From NCBI RefSeq assembly GCF_006345805.1, contig NC_042997.1, forward strand, positions 179,676,001 through 179,740,000: DNA of 64,000 bases, given 5' to 3'. The position numbers and the translations under genes are program-made. Within the stretch, counting starts at the first letter, position 1, and the number at the start of each line of letters is the position of its first letter. The notes under the pieces were generated by a model. The model did no database searches. It was not told the DNA's origin and was given only the letters and a program-made list of their open reading frames with translations. Positions 40,136 through 54,615 of the stretch are shown here, one piece after another. Source of the stretch: Octopus sinensis. Lineage: Eukaryota.

Positions 40136-42352
40136 TTTTATTTATTTGAATATCAGAAAACATTTCACTCTTCACTAGAAATGGAGGCACTTAGATATTG
40201 GGTGCACAGCATATGTTTCCTGCAGTAAGAAAATTTGCCCTTGATTACTGTATCGTTGGAAAACAATTTTCCATTAAACGAATTACTGTTGGGTCGAGAT
40301 AAGAACATTAAGTTAGAAGTACGCAGAGACCAAGATAGCTTAGCGTTTAATTTTGCGTTGAAGCAAATACCTTATATTTCACTCTCTTATTTTATACTGT
40401 TACAAACGCTATGTATCTATTCCAAATGAAAGTCGTGTATCTTCCAGTTTTGTGTGTTGCAACATAAAGATCCACATTGTAAACTGCTACAACTGGAAAA
40501 ATTTTACGTTTCTGAAGATTTTTATACAGTTTATTATACAGATTTTTATACGATATATTTGCGAAACTTTTGATGAAGCTAAGTCAGCAATTTACAGGTT
40601 TTTCACCTTTTGTAGCCATGTTACGGTCGCAACATACCCATAACTAGAGAATTTATTTCGTATTGTTCCATCATTATATATACCCTGATCTAACTACTCT
40701 AATCCACAAAAGAGATCATTTGATTCTATTCAAAGCCTTTTGAAGTTATGTTTTGACCTGGTAACAATCCAAATTGAAATGTTTTGAATATGAACTGATT
40801 GGTAAAAATGGTTTCTTTAGTAAAACTTTCAACACAAATGGAAATAATTGATATCAATCATTGTTTGAGGAATTTTGTAAATATTTGAAGACATAAATAT
40901 TTGAAGAATTCGAAAAGAAATACATATTCCATAATAAAGTTTATGCAAAATTACTTAATTCGTCGAATTTTATGTGTGCCGATTGAAGAACTAATCTTTT
41001 ATTTAATTAAAGCTTCTAAAAAAATTGCTTGGCTAATTTGTTTTGGTCCACATTGTACGAAATTATCACACATAACATGTGACAGTCAGCTCAAAACCTT
41101 ATCTTTCACTTTAGTTTTACCATAAAGGCTCATTCGTTTGTAAGTTGAATTAACTATTATTACATTATTTCTACATTTTTTTATAGATTGCTTAGATTCT
41201 GCTGTTATTTCCATCATCATTTCGCTAATTAGCAGTAGATTACGGATCGAGGAAAATTACGAAAATAAACTCAAATCCAGTTTGACATTTTCCTTTCACT
41301 TTTTCTTTTTCCTATTCACCAGGGACAGACACCTTATCAACTCTGTCGAATTAACATTTTAGGCAACACCTGCTTATTACTTTGAGATTACATGATAATT
41401 GATGCGATTATCTGCTGTCTGTCCATGAAAGCTTGAGGAAATGTCCAATTTCCAATAGAAAAGGATAGTTATAGTGTTTAGATATAATATGCAATTTAAA
41501 TTTTCAGCTCAGCGTCATGTTTCTTTTTAACCTGTTGTAATTGTTACAACAATGATAGTATCAGTTAAGAATTACAGCGCAGTTTTAAGAGCGAATGATA
41601 TTATATAAGAGAGTAATAGCATCCAAAACAGGAATATTTGCAAACTGTGTATTAGAATATAGTGCTTAAAGAGCATGCAATGCAATGTTATAATTTAGAT
41701 TGACAATTTAGATATAGCATAATTACTGAACTCTTTTGGTAAGAGTAATTGCCATCAAGACTATGAATATCTTAGTGAGAAAATTTAAGATGCGGAATGG
41801 GATAGGGACTCCTTGCCAAAGAAAAGTGGAATAATTTTGCTGTACATTGATGAGAGAATATCATTCGGGGAGTACAAAGTTCAAAATTTGTAGGAAAAAC
41901 GTTGTTTATATTCATACTTTAAGGATACCATTACTAGTTTAAGGGAAGTGAATTGACCTCAGACCTTTGTTTTATGACATCCATCATAGTTGAAAAAAGA
42001 CCATTAAGTACTTTGAGAGGAAGTACTGTTGTAATGATAAATTATGACAGAGTGCTCTTTCAATACTAGCTTTTAATAATTGACATTGTAACTTGTAATA
42101 ATCTGCAAAACTTAGATTTATGAAATCTTTATTGATCATAATCTCCTTTCAGGGCTTTCCTTGGTAGTCTGAATAGTCATAGGCTCCAACAACCCTTTAG
42201 ATTCTATGGATTTATGTTTTTATGCTCAACACGATATAAGTAAACGCTTTACTGGTGATTATTCCTTTGAATGCATCTGTACACTAAAACATATCATACT
42301 TCGATATTTAATGTGTAATATTTTACAGGGGAAAAGTAATTTATAACAATAA

Positions 42353-42548
<196 letters not shown>

Positions 42549-42549
<1 letters not shown>

Positions 42550-44748
42550 TTCGGTACCCTACGAAAATATTCGGTACCCTACGAAATAATAATAAAATTT
42601 CGGTACCCTACGAAAATGACGACCGTCAAAATAATGGGCCGGACGTTGTATCTCATGTCCCGCAAATAAAACCCAAAAGAAGTAATTGGACATGTGAGGA
42701 ATACATTTCTATCTTACACGCATACTTCACAGCAGTACTCTACCCAAAAAATGAAAATACAACAACACATACATATAAAATATGGAAGGAAAATAATAGA
42801 GATATAGACTTGGATACAGCAATGAACCCTAATAAATTAGCTAACGTACGAAGATACATTCTCAACACAAAAAAATATCAGAAGTAGAAATAGAACACCT
42901 AAAAGAAAACATACACCAGGAAAATGTAGATAGAAGCCACACAACAATGCCCAATAATATAAACACTGAAACTGTAAAACACGAAGACAAACGCAACATT
43001 TCCAACAAACACGATGTAAACAACGAAGGGGAGCCTAATGATTATGATAATATAAAAAATAAATAATCAAAGAACTGAAAACCACAGAGCTCAAAATGGA
43101 CCACCGACCATACCTCCCAAGAATCAAAATAAACAAAATAACAACACCTATTATAAACAGCATAAACCTAGCCGTCACTGAACTGATAGCCACTGAATCA
43201 AAAAAAGTGATATCACTGAGCTAAATAACCTAATATACGCAGCAGCCACTGCAGCCACAAAAGAAGCTGGATACTCACCCAAACCCGCCCAAACAGGAGT
43301 ACCACCATCCAAACAAACCCTGTGGATAAATAACATCCAAAGCAAAATAAAAAAAATTAGAAAAGACCTGTCGATTCTTAATGAAATCAGCAAACAATCA
43401 ACGCTACTGAGCAACAAAAAGAGAACAAAAATACTCCGCAAATATAACATCACAGAGAAAGATTTGCCTGAAATAAAAGAAAAGCTGAAGCAAGATATCC
43501 TTGCCAAAGCACAAAGGATCCGCCGGTACAAGAAACGCCAACGCTTCTTTGAAGAAAACAAAAAGTTCAACTCTAACCCCAAAAAGTTCTACCAAGAACT
43601 GGGAAAAAATAAAATAGAAGTCACTGCAGCACCAACGGCAGAAGAATTGGAAGAATTCTGGGGAGAAATATGGTCGGCGAACGAACCACCAAAAAAAAGG
43701 AGTATCAGAATAACAAACTCGGCATCTGAACAACTGTTCTCAGTATTTAAGGAAGCTGACAAATACAAACAAGAAATCAGACCACCTAATAAACATGAAG
43801 AAGAAGAAGATGAAGAAACAACAAAAGCTATAAAACAATTGAAATCCAAACTAAAAATAGAACAGCAACGAACCATGATAAAACGATGGCAAGAAAAGCC
43901 CCTTCATGGTAAATACTGGACTAAACTAAACGCAAAAGAAATAGACAAAGAAAAATCCCAGCAATGGTTGAGAAGCTCAGGACTCAAAGCAGAAACAGAG
44001 GGATTTTTAATTGCAGCACAAGACCAAAGCCTCCCCACCAGAAATTACCAAAAACATGTAATGAAAAGAAATATTACAAGTAACTGCAGAATATGTGGAG
44101 ATGGACAAGAAACAATAAATCATATTATCTCTAGCTGCCCAGTCTTGGCTAAGAAGGAATATATTCACAGACATGACAGAGTTGGAACCTACATACATTG
44201 GAAGCTATGCCACATTATGGAATAACAACAGAAAAAAGATGGTATAGGCACACACCACAAAAGGTCACAGAAAACGAGAAAGCAACCATACTCTGGGATA
44301 TGCCGATACACACAGATAGAGAAATTAAGGCCAACAGACCAGATATAGTTGTCAGAGATCATGAAGGAAAAAAATGCTTTCTAATTGATGTATCAATACC
44401 GGCTGATGACAACGTGTCTCTAAAAGAAATGGAGAAACTCTCAAAATACAAAGACCTGGACATAGAGGTAACTAGAATGTGGAATCTGAAAACAGAAACA
44501 ATTCCTATCATAGTAGGTGCATTAGGCATGATAAAAAAATATTCAGACAAATACATAACAAAAACCCAGGACTTACAAACACATATAACATACAGAAAAT
44601 TGCACTACTAGGCACTGCACACATCCTACGCAGAACACTTTCCATACAATAACCATCAGAGCATCACAACAAATCACAGCACATACCCAAGGCACACAGA
44701 GCTGCGCTCGGTAGTGAAGTGAAAGCACGCTATAAAAATAAAACTACG

Positions 44749-44750
<2 letters not shown>
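42549..44750 (+). mobile_element. R4/Dong-clade RLE non-LTR retrotransposon, internally deleted (no RT), inserted in (AAT)n
   Basis: N-terminal KPKRSNWTCEEY motif, CCHC knuckle CRICGDGQETINHIISSC, RHD motif, RPDIVV...LIDVS...EKLSKYKDL RLE, C-terminal IQKIALLGTAHILRRTLSIQ stop at 44652, short 3' UTR, (AAT)n on both sides. Confidence 0.92.
43464..44652 (+). pseudogene. Dong-like ORF: pre-RT region fused in frame to zinc knuckle and RLE; frameshifts near 44210 and 44565
   Basis: ORFs 43464-44225 and 44198-44611; no YxDD or QGD RT motifs between FWGEIW and WQEKPLHG. Confidence 0.85.
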
Positions 44751-44780
<30 letters not shown>

Positions 44781-45377
44781 TTAATAATAATAATAATGAT
44801 AAAAATAAAAATAATAATAATAATAATAAAGATAATAATAATCAAGTTAATTTCCCTTAGGTTATGCCATGGAAATATGCACTAATGGTATTTAAAATAT
44901 GACATCTGAACTAGAAACTTTTGAATCTGTTCTAGAAATAAACTTAGTGGAAAAGTAAGATGTGATCAGCAATATAGATTACAGGTAAATAATAAATTTC
45001 ACGATAAGTAAAATATTATGTGATGCAAGAATAAAAAAGCAGCTGAAGCTTATTTCTGCTCTATGTTGTGGCATTTTGGGAAATCAGAAGAAAATTAATA
45101 CAAATTGCATTCATTTAAGTGCACTTTTATTACAGGTCAAGACAAGACAGTTTTTAGGGAGGGAAATGAATAATTAGTTCAACCTGAGACTCCACTGGCC
45201 TACTAAAATACATTTTGAACAAAGATGCAAGTCTACACATTAGAGAAGTAGGTGTAGTCGTATTAATTGATGAAGTATTTGATTGGCGTAATATGTTATC
45301 GACGTTGGGAATATGAAATGCAAAGTTGATTTCAGTGTAATAAGAATGTCGACCATAAGAGATCATAAATGAATACC

Positions 45378-45609
45378 TATTTCTTTACTACCCACAAGGG
45401 GCTAAACACAGAGAGGACAAACAGGGACGGACAAACAGATTAAGTCGATTATATCGACCTCAGTGCATAACTGGTACTTAATTTATCGACCCCGAAAGGA
45501 CGAAAGGCAAAGTCGACCTCGGCGGAATTTGAACTGAGAACGTAGAGGCAGACGAGATACCACTAAGCATTTCGCCCGGCGTGCTAACGTTTCTGCCAGC
45601 TCGCCGCCC
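45378..45609 (-). mobile_element. SINE family A, full length, with 12-bp TSD
   Basis: TSD TAAATGAATACC at 45366-45377 and 45610-45621. Confidence 0.95.
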
Positions 45610-47809
45610 TAAATGAATACCGAAATGCGATTCCCCTGTGGTTTACCAACTCTACGAATCCACAACTCTCGTCTATCCAAATTCTATAATAAGTAAGAAA
45701 GTTGATTTTATAGAGCTGTATGGCTACTATGTTACTTTAAACATAAGGAGACAATTTTCTGGCTGCATTGTCGAATTCACCTTTTCATATGAATATACTC
45801 AGTAAACGTTCTGTATCATAGGGTGCCATGTTGGTTGTCAATGTCAAGCATGATAATGAAAGAGCTTTTGTTTCTCCTTGATATCCTTTTGTTCATATCA
45901 GTTTATATGATTTGATACTGCCGTCAGTTGCTTGGTTTGAGAGGATCAATGAAAATACATTTCGTTGGTTGCGTACATAATAGCTGAAACAAATGCAGGA
46001 ACATTTACCTGAATACTTATTGCCGGACATAAAGATATTTATTGCTGGCTATCTACGTTGAACAATATTAATAATTGCCAACTGTCACTGAGAGGAAAAC
46101 CGCGTCGCATGCGTAGGAGTTACTTATGAGACGCTGCTTGAATGTTCAGAAGGGGTCTGTCTGATAACTGAGAGTTGTCTGAACGAATTTCTATAGCAAT
46201 GGTTTTGGCGCAAGTTACTCGGCCACCTTCAACACACTGGAATTAGAAAATTGCTGAAAGCTATCTTTTATACTGGACAATAATAGACGAGACAACCATA
46301 TTACTCCACAGCCTCACACTGCTTTGTCGATTTATAGACTGATCGTTTAAAAGTATGGTAGTTAGCTTGTAGTGTTTGCCCGAGTATCTAGTGATTATGT
46401 TACAAGTAGTCTCCACCCAGTCTTTTATGTGAAATCAAAAGGTAACGGAGATCTTACATAAAAATAGGCCAACACAAGTGCAAACAAACAAGAAAAAGAA
46501 CAACATGCTTTCAATACAGAATGCATGCATTTTTAGCACAATGAATTTTGTTTGGGTTAAATCATTAACAACATTGAGTCTGTAATGAAAATAAAGAGAT
46601 AATATAAATCGTTGATATAAATTATATTCTATTGCGGAAGTCTATAAATTCATGAATTAAAATAAGACGATTTCGAAAAATGTGTATATTTACACCGGTT
46701 CCGCTAGTTTACGTTCCAAATCTTAGCACCACATCTGTAAACTGGGAAACGGCAGATTTTTGTGTTTGTGACATCAAGAAATTTCCGAATGTCATCGGCA
46801 GACGTGACATAAGCTTGGCATTAACGGAGCATTGAAACCAGTTTGCGATCATGACTCGTCATGAACTTAATTTGCAACTTGACGTCACTCATCTTTGAAA
46901 AGGAAATATTAATTATGAATATCGAGTGGTGCAGTAAGGTAATTTAGATAAGGTTATATAATTGAATATGACAATACCTCAGTGCAATACATTATATAGT
47001 AAAATATTATCAAAGAGGCTTATTAAGGCGAAATGATCTTAAAATACGGGGAAAGGGAGGAAGGTGAACGTATATTTCCATTTTCGGCGTATGTTATCAG
47101 AAATAATCTTTAGTGAGTCGTCTTACTTAGCATTCAATATATTATCGTTACACGAGCCAACACCACCACTTATGGGCACTTACACATTACTTGTATAACT
47201 ACACTTATATGCATATATATGTGTGTGTATGGATGTGTATATATATATATGTATGTATGTAAATATATTATATATATATATATATGTGTGTGTGTGTCTG
47301 TGTTTGTATATATATACATGTACATGTATATTTATATATTTATATATACATATATATGAACGAACTCATGCACACACGCACACACACACACTCACATATA
47401 TAATATACGTATATGAATGTGTGGATGTGTTTGAGTGTCTTTGTGTTTGCTCAGGTGTATGTGTACGTTGGAGTGGCTGCTTGTATGGAAATCACATATC
47501 TATTCAACTTACGAATGTATTATGTATTATGAAGCATACAAGTACAGATTCACCTGCACGCACATATATATAATGCATACATACAAACATACGTAACGTA
47601 CAGACACACATGTATGTATATATATATAAGTGTTAGTGTGTTTGTATGCGTGGATATGACTGGTGGAAATATGCTGGCGTGAAAGGTAATTAGGTGAAAT
47701 GAAATAATCGTAAGCGTTAATTAATGTGGAATAATATTTATTTAAAGTCAACACTCACTACTCACTCACACTCACGTACCTCTAATTATCTATCTATAAA
47801 GAAAGGAGA

Positions 47810-47840
<31 letters not shown>

Positions 47841-47847
47841 CATAGAC

Positions 47848-47895
<48 letters not shown>

Positions 47896-47924
47896 CTAGA
47901 TATATAGATAGATAGATAGATGCA

Positions 47925-48082
47925 CAGGCGTGGATGTGTGGTAAGAAACTTTCTACCCAACCATATAGTTTCAGGTTCAGTACCACTGCATGGTACACTG
48001 AGCAAGTGACTTCTACTATAGCCCTGGCCGACCAAAGCCTTTTCAGTGAATTTGGCAGATGGATACTGAAAAGAAGCCCGCC

Positions 48083-48085
<3 letters not shown>
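47925..48085 (+). mobile_element. SINE family B, 5' half only
   Basis: CAGGCGTGGATGTGTGGTAAG...GAAAAGAAGCCCGCCG, then (TA)n. Confidence 0.85.
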
Positions 48086-48126
<41 letters not shown>

Positions 48127-48233
48127 CATAAAATAGAGGAGAAATTTAGTGTATATTCACGATGGAAAAAAGTAATACGTATAAGATTTGAGATTTAAAG
48201 AAACAGAATCAACAAAAGAAATAAACATAAAAG

Positions 48234-48338
48234 AATCCTACATATGTTTCAATCCGGCCATAAGATTCATATCATCACCATTCAAGCGATGTTAGATGTA
48301 AAATAACCGCACATTATGTCCGGATATCATCAGGGAAG
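48234..48338 (-). ncRNA. Type I hammerhead motif with long helix II loop
   Basis: On the - strand: TTCC-CTGATGA-TATCCGGACATAA...(~50 nt)...TTATGGCCGGATT-GAAACATATGTA-GGA. Perfect palindrome ACATATGT, GUA triplet, TCC/GGA helix I. First helix II pair is U-U. Confidence 0.7.
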
Positions 48339-49343
48339 ATATTTACTTTCTGGTGGTGATCGCCGAAATAAGTGTGATGAGTGCCATATTTTCAAATATT
48401 CAAATATGATATTCCTAAGTCTTCGCTATAAATGGGATGTTCACGGCTTCGATTAACTTCGTCGATGTTCACCTAGACTAGGGATGACTAAAGTCTAAAT
48501 GACAACAGAAAATTACATGCAATATCTATTTACATTGGTGTTGAACATTGGCTTGCTAACGAAAAATGAATTCTAACAGCTAGCTTATATATCAAATATA
48601 ACGGTGGGATAAGAAACGCCACTTTCTCGGCAGAGAACCGGTCACGTTTAAACAAAATGGGAAGTATTTTGTGGTAGAAAAATTCGCCGGATAGAATATT
48701 TCTAAAATGCATACAACTTGATACTGGAGACATCAAATATCTTTAACGTTTATACAAGATCTATAATAATACATATATACATGTAAGATAAATGACACCC
48801 CGTGACCTGTATGGATTTTAGTTGAGAGCATTAGAGAATAATCGTAAGTGGACATTATGTTCACCGGGAAAAAGATCAAGAGATTAAGACACACACATAA
48901 AGCACATTTATTCACACATACGCGCACACTTACACAAGCACGCACAAAGCACATGTATTCACATACGCACACAAACATTCACATGCTCGGTCTTATATAC
49001 AAATATATGCATTCACATATGTGTATGTGTGACTGTGTAATCGTCTCTGTGCGGCCATCTGTGAATACATAGTCAACAGATATGTATATAAAAGATTGCG
49101 TGTGCATGTGTTTGTGCATAAATTCAATTGTTGATAAAATGCATTGATGGATAGTTACTGAAATAAAACACTCATAGACAATAACACAAGCAAAAAGCAC
49201 ACGCAAATACATGCATATTCACATAGATTCTAATATATATAACTCACGTACACAATCATTCTATAAATGTAAACAGATAGATATAGAGTGAGAGAGAGGA
49301 CGAGACAAATGTAGTAGAGGAAAGACAGTAAAACAACTATATA

Positions 49344-49378
49344 TTTATGAGGAGCGTAGGCTCGAAACATTAAAGACA
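49344..49378 (+). ncRNA. Degenerate or 5'-truncated minimal hammerhead motif
   Basis: TTTATGA-G-GAGC-GTAG-GCTC-GAAACATT-AAAGAC: same GAGC/GCTC helix II as 2891-2926, CUGA box mutated. Confidence 0.5.
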
Positions 49379-49610
49379 CTTTCATTTCCCGAGCATTATA
49401 CTAATACATCTGTTTGTTGTCTACACCACCTGTCGTCGTCTTTTGAGTTTTTGAGTATATATATATGTGTGCGTGTTTGTGTGTGTGTGCGTATGTGTGT
49501 ATGTGTATGTGTGTGTATGTATATGTATATAATTTAGAGAAAAACCACCATTAAACAACACAATAAAGAATTGTTATTTTCCCTGTAAGTTTTGTAATTA
49601 TATACCCTAC

Positions 49611-49648
<38 letters not shown>

Positions 49649-49688
49649 TATATATATATAATATAATATAATATAATATAATATAAGT

Positions 49689-49925
49689 GGAGGCGCGTGG
49701 CTTAGTGGTTAGGGTGTCAACATCATGATCGTAAGATTGTGGTTTCGGTTCCTGGACCAGGCGACGCGTAGTGTTATTGAGCAAAATACCTTATTTCACG
49801 TTGCTCCAGTCCACTCAGCTAGCAAAAATGAGTAACGCTGCGATGCACTGGCGTCCCATTTAGCTGGGGAACACATACGCCATTGAAACCGAGAAATCGG
49901 ACCCATGAGCCTGGGTAGGCTTTAG
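49689..49925 (+). mobile_element. SINE family C-related (tRNA head, V-like domain, different 3' part)
   Basis: GGCGCGTGGCTTAGTGGTTAGGG...GTGTTATTGAGCAAAATACCTTATTTCACGTTGCTCCAGTCCACTCAGCT. Confidence 0.8.
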
Positions 49926-50103
49926 TCGTTAGACTGCGGCTATACTGGAACACCGCCTTGAAGAATTTTTTGTCAAATGAATCGGACCCGGTTCTTAATG
50001 AGTTTGCTAAGCTTGGTACATTTGTTGTCGGTCTCTTCCACTGAACTACTAGGTTACGAGGATGTAAACAACGCCTGTTGACAAACTGTAGTAGGGGATA
50101 AAT

Positions 50104-50110
<7 letters not shown>
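49926..50110 (-). mobile_element. SINE family B 3' module, diverged
   Basis: GACTGCGGCTATACTGGAACACCGCC...GGTCTCTTCCACTGAACTACTAGGTTACG. Confidence 0.65.
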
Positions 50111-50151
<41 letters not shown>

Positions 50152-50710
50152 GTATAGAGTGTTTGAAGATATTGTATTTTGAAAATTTTCATCAATGTGC
50201 CATTGGAACACCAACACAAGTTAGCTTAAAAAAGGAAACCTTCTTCATTGAAAAAATATAACCCAAAACTTAAACATTTCTAACAATTTTAAATAAGGAA
50301 ACATACCTCACAAAAAAAAATATAAAGCAAAACTTAACATTTCGAACATTGTATTCTTTCTAAACCAAATCATGTTAAATTAATAAAACCTAGTCACTCC
50401 CAACATTTATTATCTCACTTATTCCGAAAACATTCCCGATTACCTTCCCCTGTCTGGAATTCTCATACTTTACTTCATAGTGCAGAGATGACACGATATC
50501 GGTAAAGAAATTTGAGAAATTTGAAAAGAAAATACGAAACTGGTTATTTCTCCCAAAAGAATGTTACCTTACACAAACTTATGTAACATTTTCCTAACAT
50601 AACGATTTAAATATAATTTTTAACCATACAACACAAGTTTTCTGTAGGTTTTTCACTCTATGTTGTCTTTTATAATCCCACCACGTGTTTTACATACCAA
50701 CTCTCTCACC

Positions 50711-50737
50711 TATATATATATATATATATATAATATA

Positions 50738-50792
<55 letters not shown>

Positions 50793-50868
50793 ATATGTAT
50801 ATATATATAATATATATATATATAATATATATATTATATATATATATATATTATATTATATATATATA

Positions 50869-50914
<46 letters not shown>

Positions 50915-50924
50915 TATATATAAT

Positions 50925-50974
<50 letters not shown>
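50711..50974. repeat. Long imperfect (TA)n microsatellite
   Basis: Directly visible. Confidence 0.95.
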
Positions 50975-50977
<3 letters not shown>

Positions 50978-51232
50978 TTACTACCCACAAGGGGCTAAAC
51001 ACAGAGGGGACAAACAAGGACAGACAAACGGATTGAGTCGATTATATCGACCCCAGTGCGTAACTGATACTTAATTTATCGACCCCGAAAGGATGAAAGG
51101 CAAAGTAGACCTCGTCGGAATTGGAACTCGGAACGTAACGACAGACAAATTACGGCTACGCATTTCTCCTTGCGTGCTAACGTTTCTGCCAGCTCGCCGT
51201 CTCGTCGCCCGGCATGCTAACGTTTCTGCCAA
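50975..51232 (-). mobile_element. SINE family A with duplicated 5' head segment
   Basis: Full body; TGCTAACGTTTCTGCCA occurs twice (51175-51191 and 51215-51231). Confidence 0.9.
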
Positions 51233-51952
51233 GCCATAAAGCCATTCCCTAAATTTTGGATATTATAATGAAATGACAGTGTGCATATGCATATGCACAA
51301 TGGAAAGTTCATTTATACATATGTATGTACATGTACCACTTGCACTCACCTTGCCCCCATATCTCTTACTGATTCTCAAGCACATGCATAACATTTTGCA
51401 TATAATGATATTATTTGATTATTCACGCATAAAAACACGTAAAATTGCATGCGAGGGCATGCGTCCAACGTGTAATTTTATACGTGCAAATACGTGTTTC
51501 TGCGTTGTGTGAGTGATTTTGGGTATATGCGAATGCTTGACTTTCATTCGTGTACGTATTTATAAGTTTCTGAGAGAGAGATAGTGGAAGGTAAGGAGGG
51601 AGAGAGAGTATGTGTGTGTATGTGTGTTATTTGTTTTGTTACTTGTATGGGCGTCCTTCTTCTGAAACAATTCCAGAATGTTTATTTTCTTAGCGGTGGT
51701 CACCAGAAATTCATTTCCAAATCGTTTTCCGCCATCTTCTCAAGCGAATGCTGTTTTCTTTCTCTTGTCTTTACATCCATTGAATTGTTCAACCTGTACG
51801 GCTGCAACTGACTGACCTGTCATTTCATTATAATACACAAATTTATCATTGATACAAAGAAATCCGTGTAAATGTATTCAGAAACAAGGAAGAAAAAGTA
51901 ATAAGTACAATATGCAATATAATATATCAAAAATCTCTCTCCTTCTCTCTTC

Positions 51953-51989
<37 letters not shown>

Positions 51990-52150
51990 ATATATATATA
52001 TTATATAATATATATATATATTATATATATATGTATATATGTATATATATATATATATATATATACACATACATTCATGCTAATACATACATAGAACATA
52101 GATACATAGATACATACATACGTACGTACATACATACATACATACATATA

Positions 52151-52211
<61 letters not shown>

Positions 52212-52764
52212 ATATATATATATATATATATATAGATATTATATATATAAAAGAAGAGAGAGAGAGGATTAAATACAAGAAAGTGAATAAATAAACTCAA
52301 AAGATCAGCTAATAAAAAACGTGAAAATATATAAATATATATATAATAATGGAAACAGTAGCGGAACCCTGCTTACTTTCAGCTACCCCACTGATCAGAA
52401 TATATTCGGAATTGTTCATTTATTTTCTTTAGTTACCATGATATCATTCAGAAGATATATTTAGTATGTGGTTTGTGCGATTGCATTGTATATATACAAA
52501 TGGTGGTAGAGAAAGGAAAAAAGAAATTATTCTAAACAAATATGCATATCATCTTTTTGATATCTTTGGATATTTTTCTCCTTTTTTGAAGTCTATAATG
52601 AAACCTCTAATGTCAGTGTCCGTTTCTCTATATAAGTTCAGGTTAGATTTTTGAACATCTTCTCACAAGTAGAGAAAGAACCGGTCTCCAACCAAGAAAC
52701 AAGCCTGTTTTGCTGGAATATAGTGAACACCAGATAGTGATGCATGTGTGTGTATATATGCATA

Positions 52765-53011
52765 TATGTATGTATGTATGCATGTATGTATGTATGTATG
52801 TATGTATGTATGTATGTATGTATTTATGTACGTATGTATGTATTTATGTATGTATGTATGTACTATGTATGTATTTATGTATGCATGTATGTATGTACGT
52901 ATGTATGTATGTATATATGTATGTATGCATGTACGTATGTATGTATGTATGTATTTATGTATGTATATATGTATGTATGTATGTACGTATGTATGTATGT
53001 ATTTATGTATG

Positions 53012-53045
<34 letters not shown>

Positions 53046-53085
53046 TGTATGTATGTATGTATGTATGTATGTATGTATGTATCTA
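52765..53085. repeat. (TATG)n microsatellite, ~320 bp
   Basis: Directly visible. Confidence 0.95.
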
Positions 53086-54227
53086 TGTGTGTATGCATGT
53101 CATTTCCTAAATTAGAATATTTTACAATAGCACTGGTTTCTAGCAATGAGGCAAAGGTCTATCGCAGTGATCTCTGATTTGGATAAGCAGGAAATGCTTG
53201 AACTTCAGGAAAAGTCCTCTATATGTGTGTGTGTGTGTATGTTTACATGGATGTATGGATATATGTATGTATGGATATATGGCTGTATGGATATACGTAT
53301 GTAAGTATTCGTATGTATTTTGTTCATGTGTGTGTGTGCGCGCGCATGCGTATGTGTACGTGTGTCTGTATTGTTTACATAACTAGAATTTAGAAACTTC
53401 AAAAGTTACGAAATAACGTGTTTTTAACGACAGATACATTTATAAATAATAACATGTAAAATATTGGGTTCAAACACCATAATCGAAGGAAAACGTTGAA
53501 GATGGCCTGGGAGAAAGCATCTGAACCGCTTTCAGGTTACGTTTGAAAATTACATATTTGCTAGTTTCTTCTTTGCCTGTATCTCTTAGGCTTTTTGTAA
53601 ATTGCAACTTAGACATTTTTTAACATAATCAAATGCACAACTAATTACACAGCATTACAAAATCAAAAAAAAAATGTCTTCTTTAGTAAGTGATATTTTG
53701 AGTGATTGTAACTAATTTTAGGGTCATCGTTCTGAATATGAAATCAGTTTTATTCCATCAATCATAGATTTTGATCGACAAGCTATTCCCAATATACAGA
53801 ATTTATAGAAATGTAATGTAGAATACAGTGCTTCTAGTGTTTTTATTTGTTTCTGAAATATGCCTTTGATCTTTTTGTGACAGCTTTTAATGAGAAAACT
53901 GTAAAAGTAGATATAACACATATTAAGATCATATCTATTTTTAGAACACTTTGACTTAATGTTTCAGATTTTATAGTGACTTGTACCAAAGTGGTAGAAG
54001 ATGTATTCACTGTGGACTGCTATTTTTTAAAATTGTATTTATATTTCTCCACTTCAATTTGCTTCAATTTGCTTCAGTCTACAAGGATTCAAGACGAAGC
54101 TTGCAGACTAAACTGAATGCTTGGCGCCACATATTGTATGCAAACGTTGCTGGGATCGGTTTCTTTGTGATCTAGTGGCAAAATGAAGCAAATGCCATGC
54201 AACCATTTTACTGATTGTTAATTTTGT

Positions 54228-54280
54228 GAAGGCGCATGGCTCAGTGGTTAGAGCGTCAGTCTCACAATCAAGAAGTAGTG
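54228..54280 (+). mobile_element. SINE family C tRNA-head remnant
   Basis: GGCGCATGGCTCAGTGGTTAGAGCGTCAG. Confidence 0.6.
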
Positions 54281-54478
54281 GAGAGCTGTGTTAAACTTGG
54301 AATCTTTTGACAGTCATTTGACTCTGATGGGCAACCAGTCAAAATGCTGAAAGATATCTTTCCTCGATTAAGTAAAGCAAAATTTAAAGAAATTTAAAGA
54401 AAACCAGAACGATGAGCTTACGGTGCTGTTAAAGACAGTTCAAATCTGGTGGTGGTGGTGGTGTGGTGGTGGTGGTGG

Positions 54479-54522
<44 letters not shown>

Positions 54523-54569
54523 TCGACTCATACCTTAAAAATAAGAACCCAAGTTCGAAATTTCACCAA

Positions 54570-54615
54570 GACACCTGATGAAGGCTGGTGGGTATATCAC
54601 CCGAAACGTTGTGTT
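54570..54615 (+). ncRNA. Minimal type I hammerhead motif in a short element (~54522-54665)
   Basis: GACAC-CTGATGA-A-GGCTG-GTGGGTATAT-CACCC-GAAACGTT-GTGTT: 5-bp helix I, helix II 4/5, palindromic AACGTT. Confidence 0.75.

Noticed and set aside
41400-42300. Possible decayed LINE on the - strand
   Set aside because: Too degraded to assign without a translated search.
46845-46890. CRE site TGACGTCA and short palindrome CATGACTCGTCATG
   Set aside because: Short motifs like these are expected by chance in 64 kb.
53495-53545. Hammerhead-like TGAAGATGGCCTG...CAGGTTACGT
   Set aside because: Lacks the GAAA box and the first C; too degenerate.
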